Shown here one piece after another: positions 40,918 through 50,907 of a stretch of DNA of 64,000 nt. How positions within the stretch are numbered: the stretch's first letter is position 1; the number at the start of each line of letters is the position of its first letter. The stretch is taken from positions 1-64,000 of the forward strand of contig JAITVV010000067.1 in the NCBI GenBank assembly GCA_031285625.1, read 5' to 3'. Position numbers and translations under genes: made by a program. A model generated the notes under the pieces. That model ran no database searches. It saw nothing but the letters and a program-made list of their open reading frames with translations, and had not been told where the DNA came from. The DNA is from Prevotella sp. Its GTDB lineage: Bacteria; Bacteroidota; Bacteroidia; Bacteroidales; Dysgonomonadaceae.

Positions 40918-42873
40918 TTATTGAAGGTATATTCTCATTGCAAGACCTCCGCCCTGAGCCAGAGGAATTGTCATCTTACTGTCAGAATTTATGGATTGAG
41001 TTTCGAATGTATAATGAGTAGCCCACAGTCCGGCATCGTCTCCATCCTTGTAGATATCTACCTGATACTGTTTGTCTTTATCTAGGAATGAAAAATCAAC
41101 AGTGAGATTCCGTGCTGTCCAATCTGTCATACCGCCAATATACCAATTATCACCTTTTTGCTTTGCAGTAAGTACATATTCACCAACTTTGGCATCGAGT
41201 ACCACTGTATTATCAAATGTTACAGGTACGTCTGATAAAAACTTCATTACCTTGGCGTCTTTCCGGTATTCAGATGGTGAATCACATAACATAGCCAGAT
41301 ATTGGTCATAAATAACAAACATAGCCAGTTCATGGCATCGTGTACCCTGTGCAAAAGGCAGCCCCGGGTCGAGTGGCTTGAACAACTGAGGCGAACAATT
41401 ACGCATTGCCCCCGGAGTATAGTCGAGCGTACCGCCCAGCATACGGGTAAACGGAAAAGTAACATGATGCTTCGGATTGGCTGTCAAGTCCCATTTAGAA
41501 CATTCTGCACCCCGCACGGCTTCATAATTCACTATATTCGGGTACATACGTTGCATTCCTGTTGGCTTGCTACAGCCATGGAAATTAACCATCAACTTAT
41601 TCTCTGCTGCTTTACGTGCAATTGTTTCATACCAATCCATTGCCAGTTGATCATCCCTGTCAAAAAAATCGACCTTGATACCCACTGCTCCCCAGTCGTG
41701 CATCATTTTCAGATATTCATCAGCTTTATCTGTAAGAGCCATGGCTACACACCAGAGAAATACGCCTACATTCTTGGATTTACCATAATTGATTATTTCT
41801 TTTATATCCACTTTAGGGTTCACCTGCGTCAAATCGAAGATATGTGACCAGCCTGCATCAATCATCAGGTATTCCATATTATTTTCGGCAGCAAAGTCTA
41901 TATAGTGTTTGTATAGGGCTGTATTTCTGTTCGCCATGCCCGATGGAATATCGGCTCCCGGAAGCATAGCATCGTGCCACCATTCCCAGGCAGCTTTGCC
42001 GGGTTTAATCCATGATACATCCGTTAATACCTGAGGTGTTGCCAGTTTGTAAACCAGCTCATTTGTAAGAAGTTCTTTATCATCGTCTGTTGCAATAATC
42101 ACACGCCATGGAAATTCCCTGTCGCCATTCGTTTCGGCAATGTAATCCCTTGTGCGTTGTACAACAGATACAAATCCCCAACTACCGAGAGCCGTACTAT
42201 CGGGGTATTGCGCAAAATCACCTTTAAAGCCAGTTCCTTCTTTCTCAAGATACATACCGGGGTAATCCCTTACATCTGATTCTGCTACTACAACCTTTAC
42301 ATTATCCGGCATAGTAAACAGTACCGGAGTAATAGACCTTTTACCATCTGTAATTGCCGATGCACTACTATAATCCATATGCATTAATTCCCACGATGTA
42401 TAGTTGGATGTTTCCTGAAAGATAACAGCAGGGTCATTTGCAATATTTACATTCACTATTTCATTATTTACCATTATCTTTTCACCCAAATTAGTAATAA
42501 GCCTGTATGCTACACCTTCATTGTAAGCTCTGATAATCAATGAATAGTCTCCTTCAAAATCTATCCTTGTTTCGTTAAAATTATCTGATAATGATTTGAA
42601 TTTGCCATACAATGGTTCTATCATTTCATTTACCGACCGTGAGTGAATAGTTCTTATCTTAGGATTCACTCCCAGCATCTTACCCTCGACATTAAGCCCT
42701 ATTACCGATGGTTTTATAATTTCTTTTTCTTTAAATAAAACCTTGTAGGATAGAGAATCTTTTGTTTCAATAACTACCCTCAACTTTGAACCGGGAGAAA
42801 CAACTTCAATATTCTCTTTCCCACAAGATGTAAGAAAGAGAATACATACTAGTATGATGTTTAAATATTTCAT
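40918..42873 (-). CDS. GH97 glycosidase lipoprotein, probably retaining (alpha-galactosidase-type)
   Basis: LTSC lipobox; WIKPGK, IDAGW, GIKVDF (Asp at the retaining nucleophile position), FHG, EAVRGAE, DYTPG. Confidence 0.9.
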   Translation of the reverse strand: MKYLNIILVCILFLTSCGKENIEVVSPGSKLRVVIETKDSLSYKVLFKEKEIIKPSVIGLNVEGKMLGVNPKIRTIHSRSVNEMIEPLYGKFKSLSDNFNETRIDFEGDYSLIIRAYNEGVAYRLITNLGEKIMVNNEIVNVNIANDPAVIFQETSNYTSWELMHMDYSSASAITDGKRSITPVLFTMPDNVKVVVAESDVRDYPGMYLEKEGTGFKGDFAQYPDSTALGSWGFVSVVQRTRDYIAETNGDREFPWRVIIATDDDKELLTNELVYKLATPQVLTDVSWIKPGKAAWEWWHDAMLPGADIPSGMANRNTALYKHYIDFAAENNMEYLMIDAGWSHIFDLTQVNPKVDIKEIINYGKSKNVGVFLWCVAMALTDKADEYLKMMHDWGAVGIKVDFFDRDDQLAMDWYETIARKAAENKLMVNFHGCSKPTGMQRMYPNIVNYEAVRGAECSKWDLTANPKHHVTFPFTRMLGGTLDYTPGAMRNCSPQLFKPLDPGLPFAQGTRCHELAMFVIYDQYLAMLCDSPSEYRKDAKVMKFLSDVPVTFDNTVVLDAKVGEYVLTAKQKGDNWYIGGMTDWTARNLTVDFSFLDKDKQYQVDIYKDGDDAGLWATHYTFETQSINSDSKMTIPLAQGGGLAMRIYLQ

Positions 42874-45041
42874 CTTACACTATTAATTTGTAGAACAACA
42901 CTTTCGTACTCGTTATACATAGGGAATGTTAGCCCTACTGTCATAAGATAATCTCCGCTAAATTCCTTGCCTTCGTATGCTGAAGAGCGTGACCAGTCCG
43001 GCGAAACTTTATTGATTTCTTTTAATGTATATTTTTTATCCGGGTCGAGTCCCTGAAGGTATACTGTCTGTGTATTTGGTTTGATTTCCTTTCTTACGAG
43101 GAAATTAAATACTATAGCTTCGTTCTTGTCTTCGGATGCGTACATGAAAACAGTCCGGTTATTCTTATAAGGAGACAGTATTCTGTAAAGGTCCCCATGC
43201 AGAACCGTTCCTCTTATCTGCTTATACGTTTCTATCGCATTTCTGGAGAAAACCTTCTCGTCTTCCGTCATTTGCACCGGCTGTAAATCCATGCCCAGTT
43301 TGGCTGCCATAGCAATATCGAAACGATATTTTAGAGGAGTGCTGCGGCCTGAAATATGGTTTGGTGATACTGATACGTGGCTTGCCAGCCCAACAGTAGG
43401 GAAGAAATATTGCGCACCCCATTGTGTGAAAATCCGTTGTAGTGGGTCGTTATTATCACTAATCCAGTATTCATCGAAATTCTTCATAGATGCATAATCG
43501 ATACGTCCGCCACCACCAGAGCATAGCATAAATGTCACATCGGGATATTTCACCCTTATCTTATTCATTATTTCCAGCAAGGCATTGCTGTAATCTATCC
43601 ACAGATGCGATTGCCTGTCAGCAGGGAGATACGATGAGCCCGGATTATGTACAAACCTGTTACAATCCCATTTTACATAATCTATACCCGGATTTTGCTT
43701 CAAGATATTATCTACAGTGTTGTATACAAACTCCTGCACTTTAGGGTTGCTCAGGTCGAGTATCAACTGGTTGCGTTGTTCAGTACGTTCCCTGTGTGGC
43801 TGCGCGATTACCCAATCGGGATGCTTTTCATACAGTTCACTTTTTGGGTTTACCATTTCAGGCTCTATCCATATACCAAATTTCAGACCTCTCTTATGCG
43901 ATTCATTTATCAGATATGGAATACCATTCGGTAATTTTTTCTTATTTGTCTGCCAGTCTCCAAGTCCAGCATTATCACCATTGCGCGGATATTTATTACC
44001 GAACCAGCCATCATCCAGAAGGAATAATTCAAAGCCCATCTTAGAAGCGTCATCAATAATCTGAGTCAACTTCGGTTCGTCAAAATCGAAATAAGTTGCT
44101 TCCCAGTTATTCAGCAGGATACTTCTGTCTTTATTTCCGTTTTTAATACCATACTTGCGCGCCCAGCGATGGAAATTGCGGGTAACTTCGCCACTGCCCT
44201 CACTGCTGTATGTGTACAGCAATGCAGGAGTCTTAAATGATTTGTCTTTGTCCAAAGTATATGCTGAGGCATAAGGATTTATTCCTGACAACACACGTAG
44301 TTTCTGGTCATTATTCACCTCGAAGCAAAACTGAAAGCTTCCGGGCCATGCCAATGTACCTCCTATCACCTCGCCGTGATTTTCTTCGACAGGGTTACCC
44401 AGCGATAAAAGGAAACACGGATGTGTATATTGGTTTGACCTTACACCTAGTTTGGAATCAATCATTTTTATTCCTGCTGTTAATTCCTGCTCAGCTATAT
44501 TCATTTCTTCTGACCAGTCTCCGTGAAACTGGCTTACATAATAATTCTTGGCATAGAAAAACAAATCAGATGATGCAAAGTTTTCAAGTCTTACACTCTT
44601 ATTTTCTGCATTGCGTATCTCTGTCCATTGCTCGATAATATTTTCTTTCTGATAAGCATTGTAATGCAAATCAACATACAGTCCATAATATGCATCTTTC
44701 AACGATACTACAGTATGAATAATATTATCGCTCGGCCTGTCAGATTTTGAGGATACATAAACCAGTTCGGTAGACGTATTTCCGTCTGCATGAGTTGCCC
44801 TCAATGCTGCTTCGAATACATGGTTGGTACCAAATGTAGAATATGCACTGTAATCTTTTAGCGGAACTTTTCCCAGTTCGTCCAAGTGTTTGATTTTCTT
44901 ACCGAAATAAGTCTGTTCCAGCTTTTTCTTTTCATTTACTTTCAGCAACAGACATGTATTGTCCGTTGTTATTGTTATGTAATCATTTGCAAATACCCCA
45001 ATAGAAAACAGAAGGCATAATGTTGTAATCAGTTGTCTCAT
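42870..45041 (-). CDS. GH36 alpha-galactosidase (paralogue of 24385-26589)
   Basis: LNNWEATYF, LDDGWFG, WIEPEMVN, YVKWDCNR, CSGGGGR. Confidence 0.95.
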   Translation of the reverse strand: MRQLITTLCLLFSIGVFANDYITITTDNTCLLLKVNEKKKLEQTYFGKKIKHLDELGKVPLKDYSAYSTFGTNHVFEAALRATHADGNTSTELVYVSSKSDRPSDNIIHTVVSLKDAYYGLYVDLHYNAYQKENIIEQWTEIRNAENKSVRLENFASSDLFFYAKNYYVSQFHGDWSEEMNIAEQELTAGIKMIDSKLGVRSNQYTHPCFLLSLGNPVEENHGEVIGGTLAWPGSFQFCFEVNNDQKLRVLSGINPYASAYTLDKDKSFKTPALLYTYSSEGSGEVTRNFHRWARKYGIKNGNKDRSILLNNWEATYFDFDEPKLTQIIDDASKMGFELFLLDDGWFGNKYPRNGDNAGLGDWQTNKKKLPNGIPYLINESHKRGLKFGIWIEPEMVNPKSELYEKHPDWVIAQPHRERTEQRNQLILDLSNPKVQEFVYNTVDNILKQNPGIDYVKWDCNRFVHNPGSSYLPADRQSHLWIDYSNALLEIMNKIRVKYPDVTFMLCSGGGGRIDYASMKNFDEYWISDNNDPLQRIFTQWGAQYFFPTVGLASHVSVSPNHISGRSTPLKYRFDIAMAAKLGMDLQPVQMTEDEKVFSRNAIETYKQIRGTVLHGDLYRILSPYKNNRTVFMYASEDKNEAIVFNFLVRKEIKPNTQTVYLQGLDPDKKYTLKEINKVSPDWSRSSAYEGKEFSGDYLMTVGLTFPMYNEYESVVLQINSVR

Positions 45042-48000
45042 TTTTCAATATTGTTTAATATAAGTTGACTATCCAAATGGTTTATATCCAGTTCTTTCAC
45101 TTTTCCCAGATATTCTTTTGCTTTCTTTAGGTTGCCAAGTCCCAGATGACCGAGACCCATTACATAGTAACAGTGTATCTGGTTACGAACGCTCAAGTCA
45201 TCTTCCCATATAGCCAGATCTGGCAAAGAAACTGCAAAATAATCAATACGGCAGTTATCAAACAAATGTTTTTCACCATGGTCTACCAGTTTATTGTAGC
45301 GGCTATGAGCTTTATCGGCATTTCCCAGAGCTGCCCAGGCTAATCCCTGATAATAAATCTTATCTGGTTGCTGGTCGTTGTAGAAAAATGCCTGTTGCGG
45401 CTCTGATGAACCAACAGTGGCTTTCTGCAAGAAGAACTGAGCTTTTTGCTCATCACCCAAGCTTCTGTATGCAATACCTTTGTAGTAATCTATATCATTT
45501 TCTTCTGCATTTGCCAGTTTACCTTCTCCCAGATTGTGAGGATAAGTATCTGTCTCATGAAGAAGTTTCAATGCCTCCTCATATCGTTTATCTGCAATAG
45601 CCTGTTTCGCCAGTTCTATCCTGCAAATTGTATATTGTTTGGTAATTTTGCCTTCGCCACCTTCCCATGGATGGAATTTACGGGCATTGATAAGCTCCAT
45701 CGCTTCTTTATATCTCCCCAACTGGTTATAAAGGGTGATGCGTTCAATACAAAGGTCGTCACGCTGCTCTGTTAGTGCAGGATATTTTTCGAGTAAAGCT
45801 AATCTTTCACTATGTGAAACTCCTCTTTTTTTGTAAAGCTGGTCAAGTTCCATCAGCAGGCGTGAATCCGTAGAATCCAGTTCAAATGCTTTTTCCAGTA
45901 ATACTCTTGCTTCCTGTTTTTTGTCATATTTATTGTAATATGCCAAAGCAAGATTACGCAATACAGTAGGGAATTTATCATTCAATTCTATAGATTTTTC
46001 CCAACATGCACGGGCTTCATCATACTGACGGGCAGCATACCAGAAGTTACCAAGATAGTAAGGCGCCAGAGAATCCAAAGGGTTAACTTCTGTCGCATCT
46101 AGTAAAATATTTACTTCTTCTATACGATTTGGGAAGCACTTTTCAGGGGACATCTTAGATGCTTTTACATAATACTCTTTCGCTTTTGCAGTATTACCCG
46201 ACAGAGAAGCAAAATAGCCTAATGTATAATAAATCATTGGATAAACTTTATTCTCATCAGTAATGCAGAGTGAAAGCAGTTGACTTGCTTCTTCATACAT
46301 TCCCGCTCCGGCAAAATCGAGCGCATATTCTATATAAGGGTGTGTTGCACCTCTCATCAATGCTTTCAGTTCTTCCAGTTCTTTCGGGTCATTGGTCAAT
46401 AAGTATCTTTCATAGCGACAACCCATATTGAATTTATCAATTTTCAATGATTCTTCAATCAATGAGATAGCCTCCTCCTTTCTTCCAAGCTTCCTCAAAA
46501 TAGATGCTTTGAGCTGACGTGCCTTATGATTATGCCAGTTTCTGATTAAGCTTCTGTCTACTCTGTCCAAGGCATCTTCAAACAAACCTCTTTCTGTATC
46601 GATACGTGCCAAGGCATAATAGCCAGAATCCTGCCATGCAGCATTCCATGTCGCCTTAAAGAATGCACTGTATGCTTCATCTTTTTTACCCTGCATAGTC
46701 AGGCACCAGCCCAGATTATAATGAGGCTCACCATCATACGGATTAGGGCTGCGCTCAATCTGAGTTTCTATTGCCCTGCGTAAAAAAGATTCTGCTTTGG
46801 CGAATTGTCCTCTGCGCATCAGTAAAAGCCCCATTGCATTGTTGCAGCGGATATCACCCGGTTCACGGCTTAAGGCTTCCATATAATAATCAATAGGATT
46901 GTAGGTAGCATGGCGGTATTGTTCCAAATGAAGCCCTGTAAGATAAAGCTGTTCCATAGAAGCAATGTCCTTAGGGTCTTTTGCTGCTTTTGCAGGGTCA
47001 GGAGTTGGTTTTATTTCGGGTTTATCGGCCTGATAGGTCAATAGTTCTTTTCCATCTGATGTATATAGTTCAAATATCAGGTTCTCAGGAAGTATCTCAC
47101 CTACTGTAACTTCTTTCAGGTAAGATTCTGCTGGAGAAGTATTTGTATAATCATCAAGGAATATCTTTCCATCTGTATTTTTTAGGATAACACGTAGATT
47201 CTTAAATTCAGAAGTTGTATACAGTATGACGTTAGCCTTGCCACCCTCTATTTCGATATTTACAATAGCGTCTTTATTGGCATTTTTTACATAACCTACT
47301 TCGGCATATGGCATGAAATACTGTACCCATGATTTTTCCTCATTGGGTTGCAGCCATGTAAAGTCGGGCTGATTGTCGGTATAAACCCCTGTCATCAGTT
47401 CTATGTACGGGCCATCTTCATCTGTCAGGTTCCTGTCCCATGCTATACCGAAATCGCCATTTCCCCATGTCCATTGTTTTTTACCGGGAGAAACATTATG
47501 ATTGGCAACATGCAGCAGTCCTCCCTTTGCGTCATCTTCATAGCCGCCTACAAAGTCGAATTTTGATTCGATAGCCATATAGGAAGTAGGTACAGGGATA
47601 TTTTTATATTTAGAAATATCTACCCCTGCAGAATAATCCTGTTTGTAATATTCACCTGTGGCGATAGGAAAATTAGATACGGCACGCTTACCATGGTCAA
47701 ATACAGCATGTACATCCGGCGGAAATACCGATTTGTATCCATCATTTACCACCACGGCAGGATTTGCCCACCACAGGAATGTTTGTGGGAACGCCGTACG
47801 GTTATACACTTTCACGTTAATCTCAATATACGCTTTACCCGGATAAAGAGTAAAACCCTGCATACCTTTGGTGCGGAACATACGTTCTACTTCATTGCAC
47901 CATACTGTAACACTTCCATCCTTATTTTCTTCTATCAGGTAGTCTGTAGGCAGGAAGGTGCTTGGACGGTGATGTTGCGGCCAGTTGAACTCAATTCCCC

Positions 48001-48382
48001 CCGATATCCACGGACCGGTAAGACCAACCAATGCCGGCTTGATTACCTGATTATAATATACGAAGTGGCGTTGTTTTACTTTGTCATATGCCATTTGTAT
48101 ACGTCCCCCAAGTTCGGGCATTATCATCACTTTGATATACTCGTTCTCAATAAACAATGCCTTATATTGTTTATCTTTCTTCTCGTCAGAAACCTTTTCA
48201 ACTACCGGATAGGGATATACGACTCCTGAACTTCCCTGATAGACACGTTTCTCTAAAAATATAGGATTCTTTTCTTCCTCTCCTATTTCATATGTAGGCA
48301 GCATGATGTTCTCTTCCCATGCACGCACTACATTCTTTTCATTCACAGTGGATTGAATCAGATAATTAGTTATCTTTTCCAT
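45038..48382 (-). CDS. DUF5107 domain protein with TPR array
   Basis: ENEYIKVMIMPELGGRI, IKPALVGLTGPWISGGIEFNWPQHHRP, then many TPR-like helices; HPWEGGEG; no signal peptide. Confidence 0.88.
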   Translation of the reverse strand: MEKITNYLIQSTVNEKNVVRAWEENIMLPTYEIGEEEKNPIFLEKRVYQGSSGVVYPYPVVEKVSDEKKDKQYKALFIENEYIKVMIMPELGGRIQMAYDKVKQRHFVYYNQVIKPALVGLTGPWISGGIEFNWPQHHRPSTFLPTDYLIEENKDGSVTVWCNEVERMFRTKGMQGFTLYPGKAYIEINVKVYNRTAFPQTFLWWANPAVVVNDGYKSVFPPDVHAVFDHGKRAVSNFPIATGEYYKQDYSAGVDISKYKNIPVPTSYMAIESKFDFVGGYEDDAKGGLLHVANHNVSPGKKQWTWGNGDFGIAWDRNLTDEDGPYIELMTGVYTDNQPDFTWLQPNEEKSWVQYFMPYAEVGYVKNANKDAIVNIEIEGGKANVILYTTSEFKNLRVILKNTDGKIFLDDYTNTSPAESYLKEVTVGEILPENLIFELYTSDGKELLTYQADKPEIKPTPDPAKAAKDPKDIASMEQLYLTGLHLEQYRHATYNPIDYYMEALSREPGDIRCNNAMGLLLMRRGQFAKAESFLRRAIETQIERSPNPYDGEPHYNLGWCLTMQGKKDEAYSAFFKATWNAAWQDSGYYALARIDTERGLFEDALDRVDRSLIRNWHNHKARQLKASILRKLGRKEEAISLIEESLKIDKFNMGCRYERYLLTNDPKELEELKALMRGATHPYIEYALDFAGAGMYEEASQLLSLCITDENKVYPMIYYTLGYFASLSGNTAKAKEYYVKASKMSPEKCFPNRIEEVNILLDATEVNPLDSLAPYYLGNFWYAARQYDEARACWEKSIELNDKFPTVLRNLALAYYNKYDKKQEARVLLEKAFELDSTDSRLLMELDQLYKKRGVSHSERLALLEKYPALTEQRDDLCIERITLYNQLGRYKEAMELINARKFHPWEGGEGKITKQYTICRIELAKQAIADKRYEEALKLLHETDTYPHNLGEGKLANAEENDIDYYKGIAYRSLGDEQKAQFFLQKATVGSSEPQQAFFYNDQQPDKIYYQGLAWAALGNADKAHSRYNKLVDHGEKHLFDNCRIDYFAVSLPDLAIWEDDLSVRNQIHCYYVMGLGHLGLGNLKKAKEYLGKVKELDINHLDSQLILNNIEK

Positions 48383-48421
48383 TATGCTTTTGCTTTTTGA
48401 TTAAATGTTTAACAAAAAATA

Positions 48422-49798
48422 CTATTTAGTGAGCTCTTTTTCTATTTCTTCAAGAGATTTGCCTTTTGTTTCAGGAAGGTTTTTCTTCACGAAAACAAAT
48501 CCTAGCAGACAGATAATTCCATATAGCCAGAATGTGCCATATGCGCCTAATCCGTTATTTAACAGTGGGAATGTATACGTTAATACAAAACATGCTGTCC
48601 ATAAAGAGAATGTGGATACTGCCATCGCCATTCCCCTGATGCGGGTTGGGAATATTTCAGAGATAACCACCCATGTGATAGGCGCTAATGTCATCGCATA
48701 GCATGCAATTGCCAGCATAACTAATACTAGTACAGCCATACCCGATATCTGGAAATAGTAGCATGCACCGAGAATTGCATAAATACATGCCAAGCCAATT
48801 GCGCCAAACAGAAGCAATGATCTGCGTCCCAGTTTGTCAACAGCATACATACCAACAATAGTAAATATTACATTTGTTACCCCTGTTATAACTATATTGA
48901 ACAGAATATCGGAAACACCATAACCTGCTGCAGAGAATATTTCCTGTGCATAATTAAATATTACATTTATTCCGCACCATTGCTGAAATGCTGCTATTAC
49001 TATTCCAATCAGTAATATTTTAGGCATCTTTCCTTTAAATAGGAGCCTGAAGTCTACTTTTTCTGTCACTTCGGATAATGAAGCACGTAAAGCAGCCACC
49101 TCTGACTGAGCATATTCTTTACCCCCTATTTTGGTGAGGATTTTTTCAGATTTATCAAATTTTAATTGTGTACCAAGCCATTTAGGGCTTTCAGGAACAA
49201 TAAATATCATTATAAAAAAGAATACAGCCGGAACACCGCCTGCCCAGAACATCCACCGCCAACCCATCTGGCCGTTCCAAGATTGCAAAATATCTTCGCC
49301 GGGAGCAATAGGGTCTGCAATCATCCAGTTAACCAGTTGTGCAGATAAAATACCGATAACCACTGTCAGCTGATTGAGAGAAACAAATTTACCTCTCACA
49401 TTGGCTGGGGATACTTCGGCTATATACATTGGAGACAGATTTGAAGCAATACCTATGCCAATCCCTCCTAATACCCTATATACTATAAACCATGATAATG
49501 TGTCGCTGATACCTGTGCCTATGGCGGCTACAATAAATACAAGGGACGCTATTATCATTAATGGTTTTCTTCCGTAACGATCTGATAAACTACCGGATAC
49601 CATTACACCTATCAGGCATCCCAGAATAGCGCTACCCATTACCCATCCTTGCATATAGGGTGAGTCTGTAATATCAAAAAAGACTTCGTAGAATGGTTTT
49701 GCCCCGCCAACAACTACCCAATCGTATCCGAACAGTAGTCCTCCCATAGCAGAGACAAATGTAATAAGCAACAAATAAGAGCTATTCCCTTGTTTCAT
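48422..49798 (-). CDS. MFS sugar porter (XylE/AraE-like)
   Basis: GGLLFGYD, DRYGRK, PESP, QQWCGIN, DKLGRR, PETKG. Confidence 0.95.
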   Translation of the reverse strand: MKQGNSSYLLLITFVSAMGGLLFGYDWVVVGGAKPFYEVFFDITDSPYMQGWVMGSAILGCLIGVMVSGSLSDRYGRKPLMIIASLVFIVAAIGTGISDTLSWFIVYRVLGGIGIGIASNLSPMYIAEVSPANVRGKFVSLNQLTVVIGILSAQLVNWMIADPIAPGEDILQSWNGQMGWRWMFWAGGVPAVFFFIMIFIVPESPKWLGTQLKFDKSEKILTKIGGKEYAQSEVAALRASLSEVTEKVDFRLLFKGKMPKILLIGIVIAAFQQWCGINVIFNYAQEIFSAAGYGVSDILFNIVITGVTNVIFTIVGMYAVDKLGRRSLLLFGAIGLACIYAILGACYYFQISGMAVLVLVMLAIACYAMTLAPITWVVISEIFPTRIRGMAMAVSTFSLWTACFVLTYTFPLLNNGLGAYGTFWLYGIICLLGFVFVKKNLPETKGKSLEEIEKELTK

Positions 49799-49825
49799 CG
49801 TGATATTGATTTAATGTTAGTTTAA

Positions 49826-49896
49826 CAAATGTAAAAGTACTATCTTTATATATACTAAAAATGTAAGTATTTTTCAAAAACATGGAAAATATTATT
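49826..49896 (-). promoter_or_regulatory. MFS operon promoter: -7 box plus direct-repeat operator
   Basis: Minus-strand TACATTTG (49826-49833); ATGTAA (49861) and ATGGAA (49882) 21 bp apart; same spacing to the -7 box as in the susC promoter. Confidence 0.7.
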
Positions 49897-49938
49897 ATTT
49901 TAGCAGATCATTTCCTTAACTATCTAAATGTACCAACC

Positions 49939-50841
49939 ATGGAAAATATTGAAATTGCTGATGGTTTCAAAGGTGAGAAAGCAATCGTTACGCCCTATAA
50001 CACAAGAGAATACCAAGAAACAAATGAGATAACGAGACAGTTATTTGTAACACACATTGGCTATTATCCAGATGCAAAATATCATTTTCGCCAAAGGGTA
50101 TCTGGCGCAAATGAAAATATTCTCATTTATTGTGAAAAAGGGAAAGGTTGGGTAGAATATAAGGATGAAAAATATATACTATCAGAGAATCAGGCTTTTA
50201 TCATCCCAGCAAATGAAGCTCATGTGTATGGCGCAGATATACGTAATCCATGGAGTATATACTGGCTTCATTTTAAAGGCCAGAATACCTATATGTTCAA
50301 TTCCATTATTGGCAAATTATTGTCCATACAAGAATCAGATAACAGCAGATACAGTGACCGGATGGTTTTATTTGAGGATATGTATCAAAATCTCGAAATG
50401 GGATATAATCCTGAAAATCTGGAATATATCAGCTTTTGCCTGATGCATTTTTTAGCATCGCTCAAATATCTGACACAATTCAGGGAAATTAAGAATGTAA
50501 AAGTAGATGATGTGATACAGCAATGTATACACTACATGAAAGATAACCTGGAAAATAAAATAACACTAAAAGATATAGCAGATGCTGTAGGCTATTCAAG
50601 TTCTCATCTGACCACTTTATTTTCCCAAAGGACCTCTTTTTCGCCGATAGTGTATTATAATCAGTTGAAGATACAAAGGGCTTGCTCATTCTTGCAATTC
50701 TCAGACCTAAAAATTAAAGAGATCGCGTTCCGGCTGGGATATTACGACCCGTTTCACTTTTCCAACGCATTTATTAAGGAGATGGGAATCACGCCGAAAG
50801 AGTATCGTAAAAGATATAGGGAAGAATTACTGGAAAAATAG
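49939..50841 (+). CDS. AraC-family transcriptional regulator
   Basis: N-terminal ligand domain (DGFKGE, THIGYYP, PWSIYWLHF) and C-terminal double HTH; start placed at ATG 49939. Confidence 0.92.
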   Translation: MENIEIADGFKGEKAIVTPYNTREYQETNEITRQLFVTHIGYYPDAKYHFRQRVSGANENILIYCEKGKGWVEYKDEKYILSENQAFIIPANEAHVYGADIRNPWSIYWLHFKGQNTYMFNSIIGKLLSIQESDNSRYSDRMVLFEDMYQNLEMGYNPENLEYISFCLMHFLASLKYLTQFREIKNVKVDDVIQQCIHYMKDNLENKITLKDIADAVGYSSSHLTTLFSQRTSFSPIVYYNQLKIQRACSFLQFSDLKIKEIAFRLGYYDPFHFSNAFIKEMGITPKEYRKRYREELLEK

Positions 50842-50857
50842 ATTAGTCACTTTTACA

Positions 50858-50902
50858 AAAAACAAAAGCCATATAAGTTTCGTTATATGGCTTTCGTTTT
50901 TT
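50858..50902. terminator. Bidirectional terminator
   Basis: AAAGCCATATAA / TTATATGGCTTT stem with A and T tails between convergent genes. Confidence 0.85.
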
Positions 50903-50907
50903 AGTTT

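Noticed and set aside
49882-49950. ORF start at 49882 and duplicated CATGGAAAATATT (49881, 49938)
   Set aside because: The first ATG falls inside the shared operator, so 49939 is the better start; the 13-bp duplication may be chance in AT-rich DNA
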